This document shows positions 11,099 to 20,136 of a DNA stretch of 64,000 nucleotides, one piece after another. Made by a program: the position numbers and the translations under genes. The notes beneath the pieces were generated by a model, which had not been told where the DNA came from, did not search any database, and saw only the letters and a program-made list of their open reading frames with translations. Where the stretch lies: positions 347 to 64,346 of the forward strand of contig JAHEFR010000073.1 in the NCBI GenBank assembly GCA_024640085.1. The letters are read 5' to 3'. The stretch's first letter is position 1, and every line of letters begins with the position of its first letter. This stretch comes from Gammaproteobacteria bacterium (GTDB lineage Bacteria; Pseudomonadota; Gammaproteobacteria; Steroidobacterales; XN24).

Positions 11099-11488
11099 AT
11101 GGCCAAGCCGACAACGAAGACGCGGAAGAAGGTAAAGAAGCAGGTGGTCGACGCCATCGCTCATATCCACGCGTCATTCAACAATACGATCGTGACCATC
11201 ACCGATCGCCAGGGCAACGCCCTCAGCTGGGCGACGTCGGGTGGCTGCGGATTCCGCGGATCGCGCAAGAGCACGCCCTTTGCCGCCCAGGTGGCGGCCG
11301 AGCGAGCCGGCAATGCGGCGCAGGATTGCGGGGTCAAGAATCTCGAGGTGCGGGTGAAGGGGCCCGGCCCCGGCCGCGAATCGGCGGTACGTTCCCTGAA
11401 TGCCGCGGGTTTCCGCATTACCAACATCGCCGACGTAACGCCGATCCCGCACAACGGTTGCCGGCCGCCCAAGAAGCGCCGGGTCTGA
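11099..11488 (+). CDS. rpsK: 30S ribosomal protein S11
   Basis: [45 protein letters not shown] matches S11. Confidence 0.97.
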   Translation: MAKPTTKTRKKVKKQVVDAIAHIHASFNNTIVTITDRQGNALSWATSGGCGFRGSRKSTPFAAQVAAERAGNAAQDCGVKNLEVRVKGPGPGRESAVRSLNAAGFRITNIADVTPIPHNGCRPPKKRRV

Positions 11489-11503
11489 CGGAGTAATCTG
11501 AGA

Positions 11504-12124
11504 ATGGCTAGATATCTGGGACCGAAGTGCAAACTCTCGCGCCGCGAGGGCACCGACTTGTTCCTCAAGAGCAGCGTTCGGCCGCTGGAGTCCAAGTGCA
11601 AATCGGAGGTCCCACCGGGCGGGGCGCCCCAGCGCCGGCCGCGGCTGTCCGATTACGGTCTCCAGCTGCGCGAGAAGCAGAAGTTGCGCCGTATGTACGG
11701 TGTCCTTGAGCGGCAGTTCCGCAACTATTACAAGAAGGCGGCCGGCCAGAAGGGCTCCACCGGCGAGAACCTCCTGCAGATGCTGGAGGGCCGACTCGAC
11801 AACGTCGTGTATCGGATGGGTTTCGCCACCACGCGTGCCGAGGCCCGGCAACTCGTGGGCCACAAGGGTATCACCGTCAATGACCAGCTGGTCAATATCC
11901 CGTCCTACCAGGTGACCGCCGGTGACGTCGTGACTGTGCGCGAGAAGGCGAAGAAGCAGATGCGCATCCAGAGTGCGCTCTCCATCGCCAGCCAGGTCGG
12001 GTTTCCCGCGTGGGTGGAGGTCGACGACAAGAAGATGACCGGGACCTTCAAGCAGCTCCCGGATCGTGACGAGATTCTCCCGGACATCAACGAGAACCTC
12101 GTCGTCGAGCTGTACTCCAAGTAA
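11504..12124 (+). CDS. rpsD: 30S ribosomal protein S4
   Basis: [23 protein letters not shown]...[26 protein letters not shown] (S4 domain). Confidence 0.97.
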   Translation: MARYLGPKCKLSRREGTDLFLKSSVRPLESKCKSEVPPGGAPQRRPRLSDYGLQLREKQKLRRMYGVLERQFRNYYKKAAGQKGSTGENLLQMLEGRLDNVVYRMGFATTRAEARQLVGHKGITVNDQLVNIPSYQVTAGDVVTVREKAKKQMRIQSALSIASQVGFPAWVEVDDKKMTGTFKQLPDRDEILPDINENLVVELYSK

Positions 12125-12142
12125 TCTCAGAGGCACATCGCC

Positions 12143-13144
12143 ATGCAGGTATCGGTTTCCGAGTTTCTCAAGCCCCGCGTCGTCAAGGTCCAGTCCGACA
12201 GCGACACGGGAGCCCGTATCACCATCGAGCCATTCGAGCGAGGGTTCGGTCATACCCTGGGTAACGCCCTGCGCAGGATTCTGCTCTCGTCGATGCCCGG
12301 CAGCGCCGTCGTGGAGGCCGAGATCGAGGGCGTGCTGCACGAGTACACCAGCATCGAGGGCGTCCAGGAAGACGTGGTGGATATCCTGCTCAACCTCAAG
12401 CAGGTCGCCATCCGCATGCACGCGCGTGACGAGGCCGAGCTGACCCTGGTCAAGAAGGGTCCGGGGCAGGTGACCGCGGGCGATATCTCCGTCGATCACG
12501 ACGTCGAGATCGTCAACCCCGACATGGTCATCGCCAACCTGACCAGCGCAGGCGAGCTGAACATGAGGCTCAAGGTGGTCCGTGGACGCGGCTATCGTCC
12601 CGCGATCCTGCGACCGGCCTTCGAGGAGCAGACAGGCCCGATCGGTCGTCTCCAGCTGGATGCATCCTTCAGTCCGGTCCGGCGCGTCGCCTACAACGTC
12701 GAGGCGGCCCGAGTCGAGCAGCGCACCGACCTTGACAAGCTGATCATCGATCTCGAGACCAACGGCACCATCGACCCCGAGGAGGCCATCCGGCGGGCCG
12801 GAAACATCCTGCGTGAGCAGCTGTCCGTTTTCGTCGACCTCAAGGGGCAGGCGGAGGCCGCCGCCGCAAGTGCCGAGAGCCAGATCGACCCTGTCCTGAT
12901 GCGCCCGGTGGACGAACTCGAGCTTACCGTCCGTTCGGCCAACTGCCTCAAGGCGGAAAACATCAACTACATCGGCGATCTGGTGCAGAGGACGGAGGTG
13001 GAACTCCTGCGGACGCCCAACCTCGGCAAGAAGTCGCTGACCGAGATCAAGCAGGTGCTGGAAACTCACGGGCTCACGCTCGGCATGCGGCTCGACAATT
13101 GGCCGCCGGCGAGTCTGCGACCCGACGACGAACAGGTCGCCTGA
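12143..13144 (+). CDS. rpoA: DNA-directed RNA polymerase subunit alpha
   Basis: [25 protein letters not shown]...[27 protein letters not shown] (N- and C-terminal domain signatures). Confidence 0.97.
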   Translation: MQVSVSEFLKPRVVKVQSDSDTGARITIEPFERGFGHTLGNALRRILLSSMPGSAVVEAEIEGVLHEYTSIEGVQEDVVDILLNLKQVAIRMHARDEAELTLVKKGPGQVTAGDISVDHDVEIVNPDMVIANLTSAGELNMRLKVVRGRGYRPAILRPAFEEQTGPIGRLQLDASFSPVRRVAYNVEAARVEQRTDLDKLIIDLETNGTIDPEEAIRRAGNILREQLSVFVDLKGQAEAAAASAESQIDPVLMRPVDELELTVRSANCLKAENINYIGDLVQRTEVELLRTPNLGKKSLTEIKQVLETHGLTLGMRLDNWPPASLRPDDEQVA

Positions 13145-13177
13145 CCGGGCGCCGAACAAAGATCAGGATAGAAAACG

Positions 13178-13555
13178 ATGCGTCACCGAAAGTCAGGCCG
13201 GGTCCTTGGCCGGAACAGCGCTCATCGGAGAGCCATGTACAGAAACATGAGCGCCTCTCTGATCAAGCACGAAACCATCCAGACCACGGTGCCCAAGGCC
13301 AAGGAATTGCGCCGGGTCGTGGAGCCGCTGATCACCCTGGCCAAGTCGGACGATGTGGCGCGGCGACGGCGAGCGTTCGATCGTCTGCGCGATAAGGAAG
13401 CGGTGGGCAAGTTGTTCAACGATCTTGGCCCGCGGTTCAAGGATCGGCCGGGCGGCTACCTGCGTATCCTGAAGACGGGACATCGTCCCGGCGATGCTGC
13501 CCAGATGGCCATCGTCCAGTTGACCGAGACCGCGGAGGGCGGCGCTGCCAAGTGA
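13178..13555 (+). CDS. rplQ: 50S ribosomal protein L17
   Basis: [37 protein letters not shown] matches L17. Confidence 0.97.
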   Translation: MRHRKSGRVLGRNSAHRRAMYRNMSASLIKHETIQTTVPKAKELRRVVEPLITLAKSDDVARRRRAFDRLRDKEAVGKLFNDLGPRFKDRPGGYLRILKTGHRPGDAAQMAIVQLTETAEGGAAK

Positions 13556-13580
13556 GCCGTCGGCGGCCAGTACGTCTTTG

Positions 13581-13614
13581 CAAAGGCCGGGCATCGCCCG
13601 GCCTTTGCTTTTTG
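13581..13614 (+). terminator. Rho-independent terminator of the alpha operon
   Basis: caaaggccgggc (13581-13592) and gcccggcctttg (13596-13607) form a perfect GC-rich stem with a 3-nt loop, followed by cTTTTTg (13608-14). It lies 26 nt after the rplQ stop. Confidence 0.75.
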
Positions 13615-13673
13615 CCGACCCGATCCCTGTCCCATAATGTCCGCAGCGGAGGGGATGACCAGGGAATGAGCCT

Positions 13674-14678
13674 GTGACCGTGCAACTGGACGACCGTCTC
13701 GTGGTGGGCATCGCCTCCCGCGCACTGTTCGATCTGCGCGAGGAGGACCGCGTCTACCGGGAGCAGGGGCTGGAAGCCTATCGTCGCCTGCAATTGGAGA
13801 ACGAGGACAGGGTGCTCCGGCCGGGGGCGGGTTTCGAACTGGTGAAGGCACTGCTGCGCCTGAACCGGGATGGGGACGGGCGCCGGGCGGAAGTCGTGAT
13901 CATGTCCAGGAACTCCACCGAGACCAGCCTCAGGATTTTCAACTCCATCGATCACTACGGGCTGGACATCGAACGGGCAGTGCTGTCCGGCGGCGCGCCG
14001 CTGGCGCCCTACCTGCGGGCCTTCAGGGTCGACCTTTTCCTGTCCCAGCATGAGGAAGACGTCGGCGCCGCCCTGGCTGCCGGCATCGGCGCGGCCATCC
14101 TGTACGATCGGGAACACCAGCCCCACGACGAGATTGGCCAGATCCGTGTCGCGTTCGATGGGGACGCCACTCTCTTCTCCGACGAGTCGGAGAAGATCTT
14201 CCAGGCCGCGGGTCTGGAGGCGTTCGCCCGGCACGAAGCAGAGAATGCCAGGAAGCCGCTGGCGGAAGGGCCGTTCGCCGGATTCCTCAAGAGCCTCGCC
14301 GCGATTCAGAAGGAAGCCCAGCCCGGAGAGGCGCCCATCAGGACCGCACTGGTCACCGCCCGGGGACGACCGGCCCACGAGCGCGTGATCAGGACCCTTC
14401 TGGCCTGGGACGTAGTCATCGACGAGGCCTTCTTCCTGGGCGGCATCCCCAAGACGGAATTCCTCGCTGCATTCAGGCCCCACATTTTCTTCGACGACCA
14501 GCCGGTCCACTGTGACCGGGCTGCACCGGCCGTAGCGACGGGTCGGGTGCCATTCCCCACACCGGTCGCCGGCAATGCCGGGATCACGCCGGACCCGGGT
14601 CCGGCGGATACAGCCGATGCACGCGCCGAGACGAGGGGTCCGGCACGGACCTCAAGGTCGGCCAAGGGCGCGGACTGA
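13674..14678 (+). CDS. Cytosolic 5'-nucleotidase I-like protein (PF06189-type)
   Basis: VVGIASRALFDLREEDRVYREQGLEAYRRLQLENEDRVLRPGAGF...IMSRNSTETSLRIFNSIDHYGLDIERAVLSGG closely resembles cN-I family sequences as I remember them. GTG start. The last ~50 aa form a Pro/Ala/Arg-rich low-complexity tail. Confidence 0.8.
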   Translation: MTVQLDDRLVVGIASRALFDLREEDRVYREQGLEAYRRLQLENEDRVLRPGAGFELVKALLRLNRDGDGRRAEVVIMSRNSTETSLRIFNSIDHYGLDIERAVLSGGAPLAPYLRAFRVDLFLSQHEEDVGAALAAGIGAAILYDREHQPHDEIGQIRVAFDGDATLFSDESEKIFQAAGLEAFARHEAENARKPLAEGPFAGFLKSLAAIQKEAQPGEAPIRTALVTARGRPAHERVIRTLLAWDVVIDEAFFLGGIPKTEFLAAFRPHIFFDDQPVHCDRAAPAVATGRVPFPTPVAGNAGITPDPGPADTADARAETRGPARTSRSAKGAD

Positions 14679-14767
14679 GAGTTGCGGTTCCGGGGGGCGA
14701 TTAACACCCGGCCCCGGGTCGGGCATGATGGCTGTTTTCGGCAGGGCCGGCGCCCGGGGTAGGGCAC

Positions 14768-16561
14768 ATGGCCCCAACCTTGTCCGTACTCGGAGACAAC
14801 GTGAAAAACGACAAAGGCGCTTTTTGGCCGCTGCGACTCGCGGTGGTCCTGATCATGACCCTGGGAATGCCACAGATGTCCATTGCAGCAGACAGAATTA
14901 CAGACCGCTCCTTCACGACCCGGTCGGAGGTCATCGCCCCGCATGGCATGGCAGCCACCGCCCAGCCCCTGGCGACGCAGATCGCGCTGGATATCCTGAA
15001 GATGGGGGGCAGCGCAGTGGATGCGGCGATCGCCGCGAATGCGGCGTTGGGATTGATGGAGCCGGTAGCCTGCGGCATCGGCGGTGATCTCTTCGCCATC
15101 GTCTGGGACGCCGGTGAGCAGGAGCTAGTCGGCCTCAACGGCAGCGGCCGTTCGCCCGGGGCGCTGACCCTGGAGGAGTTGAAGTCCAAAGGGCTGGAGA
15201 CCATCCCGCCTCTTGGGCCTCTGCCGGTGAGCGTTCCGGGCACCGTGGATGCCTGGTTCGAACTCCACGCCCGTTACGGGCGCCTGCCCATGTCAGATGT
15301 CCTTGCCCCGGCAATCCGGTATGCCAGGGAGGGATTTCCGGTATCGGAAGTGATCGCGTACTACTGGCAGCGTAACGCGCAGATCCTGAAGGATTTCCCG
15401 GGGTTCGCCGAAGTTTACATGCCGGGGGGCAAGGCGCCGGGCAAGGGCGACATGTTCAGGAACCCGAGGCTGGCTGACACCTACGAGCGGCTCGGCAAGG
15501 AGGGCCGTGACGTCTTCTACAAGGGCGATTTCGCCAGGGCGATCTCCGATTACATGCAGGCGAACGGCGGATATCTCTCGTACGAGGACCTGGCAGGGCA
15601 CCGGTCAGAGTGGATCACGCCGGTGTCTACGAACTACCGGGGCTACGATGTCTGGGAGCTACCCCCCAACGGCCAGGGGATCGCGGCGTTGCAGATCCTG
15701 AACGTCCTGGAAGGCTATGACATCGCGGCCATGGGATTCGGCAGTGCGGATTACATACACACATTCGTGGAGGCCAAGAAGCTGGCTTTCGAGGACCGGG
15801 CCCGGTTCTATGCCGACATGGATTTCGCCGATGTGCCGGTGCAAGGGCTGATCTCGAAAAGCTACGCAGCGAAACGGCGTGCACTCATCAATCCGGATCG
15901 GGCCGCGCGTTCTTATCCGGCCGGGGATCCGGTCCTGGAACAGGGCGACACGACCTACCTGACGGTCGCCGATGCGGAGGGGAACATGGTCTCCCTGATC
16001 CAGAGCAATTACCGCGGCATGGGCTCGGGCATGACACCCGGCGGGCTGGGTTTCGTGCTACAGGACAGGGGCGAATTATTCTCACTGCAGGAGGGTCACC
16101 CCAACGTCTACGAGCCCGGAAAACGTCCGTTCCACACCATCATCCCGGCCTTCGTGACCAAAGACGGCAAGCCCTGGATGAGCTTCGGCGTCATGGGCGG
16201 CGCTATGCAGCCCCAGGGACACGCCCAGATCATCGTCAACATGGTGGACTTCGGCATGAATCTCCAGGAGGCTGGCGATGCGCCGAGGATCCGCCACGAT
16301 GGGTCCAGTGAGCCGACTGGCGCACGGAGGCTGCCAGGTTCGCCCGCACCAACCCTGGGACCCATGGATAACGGCGGCGTCGTCTACCTCGAGTCGGGGT
16401 TCCCCCTGGAGGCCATCAACGAACTCGAGCATCGGGGCCACCAGCTCGGGATGGACTCAGGCGGTTACGGGGGCTACCAGGCGATCATGCGTGACCACGG
16501 CCAGGGGGTCTATTACGGCGCCTCCGAGTCCCGCAAGGACGGTCATGCCGCCGGATACTGA
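14768..16561 (+). CDS. ggt: Gamma-glutamyltranspeptidase
   Basis: APHGMAATAQPLATQIALDILKMGGSAVDAAIA...EQGDTTYLTVADAEGNMVSLIQSNY (autoprocessing Thr context)...GASESRKDGHAAGY. A signal-peptide-like segment is present. The exact start is uncertain; an in-frame GTG at 14801 is an alternative. Confidence 0.9.
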   Translation: MAPTLSVLGDNVKNDKGAFWPLRLAVVLIMTLGMPQMSIAADRITDRSFTTRSEVIAPHGMAATAQPLATQIALDILKMGGSAVDAAIAANAALGLMEPVACGIGGDLFAIVWDAGEQELVGLNGSGRSPGALTLEELKSKGLETIPPLGPLPVSVPGTVDAWFELHARYGRLPMSDVLAPAIRYAREGFPVSEVIAYYWQRNAQILKDFPGFAEVYMPGGKAPGKGDMFRNPRLADTYERLGKEGRDVFYKGDFARAISDYMQANGGYLSYEDLAGHRSEWITPVSTNYRGYDVWELPPNGQGIAALQILNVLEGYDIAAMGFGSADYIHTFVEAKKLAFEDRARFYADMDFADVPVQGLISKSYAAKRRALINPDRAARSYPAGDPVLEQGDTTYLTVADAEGNMVSLIQSNYRGMGSGMTPGGLGFVLQDRGELFSLQEGHPNVYEPGKRPFHTIIPAFVTKDGKPWMSFGVMGGAMQPQGHAQIIVNMVDFGMNLQEAGDAPRIRHDGSSEPTGARRLPGSPAPTLGPMDNGGVVYLESGFPLEAINELEHRGHQLGMDSGGYGGYQAIMRDHGQGVYYGASESRKDGHAAGY

Positions 16562-16994
16562 TCCGGATCGGGGCCTGGAGATTGTCGTCGGGGAGACGTC
16601 CCCGGAAACCGAGGAAGAACTGGTCGAGGGTGTCCGGCGTTTCAACGACGCTATCCTTGGCGAGTCGAGGAGCCGTTCCCTGGCGGCCGTGGCGCGCGAC
16701 GGCGACGGAACCGTCGCGGGCGGCGTCGCCGGGCACACGAATTACCAATGGTTTCTCATCCGCGTCGTCTGGGTCCGGGGAGACCGCCGTGGCTCGGGGC
16801 TGGGCAGGCGGCTGATGCTGATGGCGGAGGCTGAGGCGATCCGCCGCGGCTGTGTCGGCGCCCAGGTCGACACGGTGTCTTTCCAGGCCCCAGGCTTCTA
16901 CCGCAAGCTCGGCTATCGCGAGATCGGTATCGTCGAGGATTTCCCCGTGGGCCACAGCCGGCATTTCTTTGCCAAGCGCCTCGGCGGCCAGTAG
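16545..16994 (+). CDS. GNAT family N-acetyltransferase
   Basis: VVWVRGDRRGSGLGRRLMLMAEAEAIRRGCVGAQVDTVSFQAPGFYRKLGYRE is an acetyl-CoA binding R/QxxGxG/A motif. The ATG at 16545 overlaps the ggt 3' end by 17 nt. The longer track ORF (16278) lies inside ggt. Confidence 0.8.
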   Translation: MPPDTDPDRGLEIVVGETSPETEEELVEGVRRFNDAILGESRSRSLAAVARDGDGTVAGGVAGHTNYQWFLIRVVWVRGDRRGSGLGRRLMLMAEAEAIRRGCVGAQVDTVSFQAPGFYRKLGYREIGIVEDFPVGHSRHFFAKRLGGQ

Positions 16995-17106
16995 GGATCG
17001 ACGACAGTCCCCTGCGTCCGGCCTGCTCTTGCCGACGACCGCAATCGCGATACACTGCCGTCGTCGGCGGGATCGGCCGGTGCAGGGTCATGAACGGGGG
17101 AAGGCC

Positions 17107-17667
17107 ATGAAGCAGTTATTCGCCGGAAGCCTGCTGGCTGCGGTCGCGATTTTCATCTTTGGCGCGGTCTACTGGAGCAGCCCCGTCATCAATGCCGGCG
17201 CCCGGGATATCGCCGACGATGAGGCCGTGCAGCGTGTCCTGAAGGAGACGTTTCCGGAGACAGGGATCTACTGGGTTCCGGGGATGGACCTCTATGCCCA
17301 GGACGCTGACCGGTACATCGCCCTGCACCAGGCCGGCCCGGTCGCGATGATCAACATCATCCACAATCCCGGTGCGCCGATGGCCCCGGGTACGTTTATC
17401 GCCGGATTCCTGCATGAATGGGTGGTCTGCTTTCTCATCGGGTTGTTACTGGCGAGGGTCTCGCCGGCGCTGCCGAGCTACGGCAGCCGGGTCGGATTCG
17501 TAACCCTGGCTGGCTTCGTCATGGCTCTGTTCGTGGATATCGGTGCCGTGATCTGGTGGCAGATGCCCCTGGCGCTGCAGTTGGCCGACGGCCTGTACAA
17601 CGTGGTCGCCTGGCTGCTGGCGGGACTGGTCCTGGCGAGATTCGTCCCCCCGGGCGTCCGGGCCTGA
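17107..17667 (+). CDS. Hypothetical membrane protein (about 4 TM segments)
   Basis: MKQLFAGSLLAAVAIFIFGAVYW plus three further hydrophobic stretches. No family recognised. The ATG at 17107 was chosen; the upstream part of the 16852 ORF is Arg/Ser-rich non-protein-like sequence. Confidence 0.6.
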   Translation: MKQLFAGSLLAAVAIFIFGAVYWSSPVINAGARDIADDEAVQRVLKETFPETGIYWVPGMDLYAQDADRYIALHQAGPVAMINIIHNPGAPMAPGTFIAGFLHEWVVCFLIGLLLARVSPALPSYGSRVGFVTLAGFVMALFVDIGAVIWWQMPLALQLADGLYNVVAWLLAGLVLARFVPPGVRA

Positions 17668-17682
17668 CGCACCTCCGGCGGG

Positions 17683-18882
17683 CTAGTCGTCCTGGCCCGC
17701 CGGGCGGGTCTCATATGGGATACGGATGCTGACGATCAGGCCGCTGGGGTCATTGGCCTCGAGCCTGAACGAGTGCCGGTTCCCGTACAGCTCCTTCAGT
17801 CTTTCCCGGGTGTTGCGCAGGCCGACGCCCTTTCCTGCCGGGACCTGGCCGTCGATGAGTTCCGCTCCGGGCCCGTCATCGCTGAGTTGCAGCAGCAGGT
17901 CACCCGCGAACACCCTGGCGGCAATCCGCAGGTGTCCAGGACCGTCCATCTGAGCGATCCCGTACTTGATGGCGTTCTCCACCAATGGCTGGAGAAGCAG
18001 GCTCGGGATCAGCGCCGACCTGGCCTCCTCCTCGATGTCGAGATCGAGATTCAGGCGGTCCTCGAAGCGCACTTTTTCGATATCCAGGTACAGCTTGAGG
18101 GCAGTGATCTCCTGCTCCAGTGTGATCTTCTGCATCGGGTCGTTGTCGAGGGAATAGCGCAGAAAGCTCGACATCTTTGTGACCATGCGATTGGCCAGAT
18201 CGATCTGCCGCTCCAGGATCAGCGTCGAGATGGCGTTCAGGGTGTTGAAAAGAAAGTGGGGGTTGAGCTGGTAGCGGAGCATCTTGAGTTGCGCCTCGTG
18301 GGCCATCGAAGCGGATTTCAGGGCGCTCGACTGCATCTCCTGGAAGACCCGGTAGTACTTGATCGAGAAATAGAAGACGCTCCAGGCCATCATGACCGTC
18401 AGGCTGGAGAAATAGCTCTCCAGGTATGAAACCTTTTCGAACAATTCTGCTGCTGGTCCCATTTTTTCCAGCCAGTCGGTCATGTCCTTGCCATGCTCGA
18501 ACCAGCTGTAATAGATGAATGCCCGGCTCTTCATCCAGAGGAAACCGGCGGCTGCACTGCCGCCGATGAATGCCAGCCCGCGAATCCAGATATTCCTGTC
18601 CCACAGGTACCGGTACAGATATCGGAGACCCAGCGTGATTACGATGGCGATAACCGTAATCAGCGAAACGTAGAATGCATAACTGGGCGGCACCTCATCG
18701 AGGGCAGCGCGGGTATACAGGTACTTGCCGAACAGGCCCCAGCCGGCCCAGCCGGCCAGTTGAAGAACCCAGAACAGGCGGCGCCTGTCGTTGAGTAAAG
18801 GGATCGTGCTCACCCGATGATGGTACCTGCCGGGCCGGAAAAGGGACTTCGGCTTGTCGCAGCAGGCCTTCGAGATAGCCAA
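17683..18882 (-). CDS. Sensor histidine kinase, LytS/AlgZ (His_kinase PF06580 + HATPase_c) type
   Basis: Multi-TM N-terminus, then HEAQLKMLRYQLNPHFLFNTLNAISTLI (LytS-type H-box), then N-box LLLQPLVENAIKYG and G-box DDGPG...GKGVGLRNTRERL. Confidence 0.88.
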   Translation of the reverse strand: MAISKACCDKPKSLFRPGRYHHRVSTIPLLNDRRRLFWVLQLAGWAGWGLFGKYLYTRAALDEVPPSYAFYVSLITVIAIVITLGLRYLYRYLWDRNIWIRGLAFIGGSAAAGFLWMKSRAFIYYSWFEHGKDMTDWLEKMGPAAELFEKVSYLESYFSSLTVMMAWSVFYFSIKYYRVFQEMQSSALKSASMAHEAQLKMLRYQLNPHFLFNTLNAISTLILERQIDLANRMVTKMSSFLRYSLDNDPMQKITLEQEITALKLYLDIEKVRFEDRLNLDLDIEEEARSALIPSLLLQPLVENAIKYGIAQMDGPGHLRIAARVFAGDLLLQLSDDGPGAELIDGQVPAGKGVGLRNTRERLKELYGNRHSFRLEANDPSGLIVSIRIPYETRPAGQDD

Positions 18883-18991
18883 AAAACCGTTTGAAACCGG
18901 GAATTTCGGAGGATCAGGAAGCTGTCGCCCTGTTTTGTCCGCCGCCGTGACACGACGGCGTCCCGGGCGACTCAGGTCCCGGGGTCAGTGA

Positions 18992-20032
18992 TCAGCGGCT
19001 GACGGGCGTTGGCGAAAAGGCCATCCCGTCGGGCTCCCTCCCCGCTGTGAGGGCCCTCGATACCGTCCAGTCGGTCAGATCGAGTTCAGCCACGATGTCG
19101 GAACCCGCCAGGGCCACCCAGGCGCGATCCCCGACAGGGGAAACCACCACGCCGATGGGTATGGAACTGTCGCCGAACATGTCACCGAACAGCTTGCCCT
19201 CGATGTCCACGTCGCCTCGCTGCAGGGAGATGCGGCGAAGCTCCCCGCCGGTCTCCGCGTCGAAGATCGCGACGTCGGCGGAGCGGGCGTTCGAGACCAG
19301 AACACGATGCCCGTCCGGCGTGACGGTGGCCCGGATCGGAAAATCCGCCGATGCTATGGTCTGCCTGATCTCGAGAGTGGCGACGTCAAGCACGGTGACA
19401 GTGTTTTCGGCGCGGTTGGTGATCCAGACGCGTTGCCCGTCCGGCGTCACGTCGATCCCTTCCGCGCCGGCCCCGGTTTCGATATTGGCGATCCGGCGCC
19501 GATCGGTCAGATCGATGACGGTCACCGACCCCGAGCCGATGTTCGCGACGAATGCCCTGGTGCCGTCGGGAGTCACTGCCACCATGTGCGAGACTTCCTG
19601 GTCCGTGTCGATAGCCGCGTCCACTCGCCCGGCATCGACGTCGACGATCAACAGGGCCTTGTTGCTCTCGGCTGTCACGACTGCGTGGCGCCCGTCTGCG
19701 AGCCATCGAACCCCGTGGGGCCGGTGATAGGGCGACAGATCGATGGTAGCGGCTACGCTCGCATCGGCAACGTCGATCAGCGTCAGCGTCGAGCCTGGCT
19801 CGTCGCGGGTCCCGTAATTGGTGGCCAGCACACGCGAGCCGTCCGGCGATGGTGCCGCCTCATGGGGTCCCGTCCCCGTGGGCAGGGTCGCGACGACGCT
19901 GCCGTCGCCCAGGTCGATCAGCGACGCGGTCGCTTCGGCCTTGTTGAGTACGACAAGCGTTTGAGCGGCGGTGATCCCCGGGCAAAGGCACAGCACGGCG
20001 GTCAGGAACCAGGCATCAATGGATCGATTCAT
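18992..20032 (-). CDS. Secreted YVTN-type beta-propeller repeat protein
   Basis: Signal peptide MNRSIDAWFLTAVLCLCPGITAAQ. About 40-aa units recur, of the form VxxIDxxxxxVxxxIxxGxxPxGVxxxPDGxxVxVxN. The ATG at 20032 has GGAG upstream; the longer ORF start at 20140 would run into uvrA. Confidence 0.75.
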   Translation of the reverse strand: MNRSIDAWFLTAVLCLCPGITAAQTLVVLNKAEATASLIDLGDGSVVATLPTGTGPHEAAPSPDGSRVLATNYGTRDEPGSTLTLIDVADASVAATIDLSPYHRPHGVRWLADGRHAVVTAESNKALLIVDVDAGRVDAAIDTDQEVSHMVAVTPDGTRAFVANIGSGSVTVIDLTDRRRIANIETGAGAEGIDVTPDGQRVWITNRAENTVTVLDVATLEIRQTIASADFPIRATVTPDGHRVLVSNARSADVAIFDAETGGELRRISLQRGDVDIEGKLFGDMFGDSSIPIGVVVSPVGDRAWVALAGSDIVAELDLTDWTVSRALTAGREPDGMAFSPTPVSR

Positions 20033-20108
20033 ACTTTCACATACTCCGATATCGGCGGATCGGCGCCGTTCAGGGGATGCGCGATCCTGCCTGGGACGCC
20101 GGTGGATG

Positions 20109-20126
20109 CCCGAGGTTCCCGAGGTT
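20109..20126. repeat. Tandem 9-mer (cccgaggtt x2) flanked by GGTGGAT direct repeats
   Basis: cccgaggtt at 20109-20117 and 20118-20126; GGTGGAT at 20101-20107 and 20131-20137. It lies in the spacer just after the uvrA stop. Confidence 0.9.
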
Positions 20127-20136
20127 CCGGGGTGGA

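Noticed and set aside
11174-13159. 661-aa ORF on the minus strand spanning rpsK, rpsD and rpoA
   Set aside because: It is antisense to three unmistakable housekeeping genes and runs across their intergenic gaps. Its translation is Arg/Gly/Leu/Asp/Val-rich with no recognisable domain. Long stop-free antisense frames are expected in GC3-biased genomes.
14530-14678. Low-complexity Pro/Ala/Arg-rich C-terminal tail of the 5'-nucleotidase, considered as a possible frameshift or pseudogene signature
   Set aside because: The conserved catalytic body is intact and in frame, and I see no alternative frame that restores a better C-terminus. This cannot be resolved without homologue alignment.
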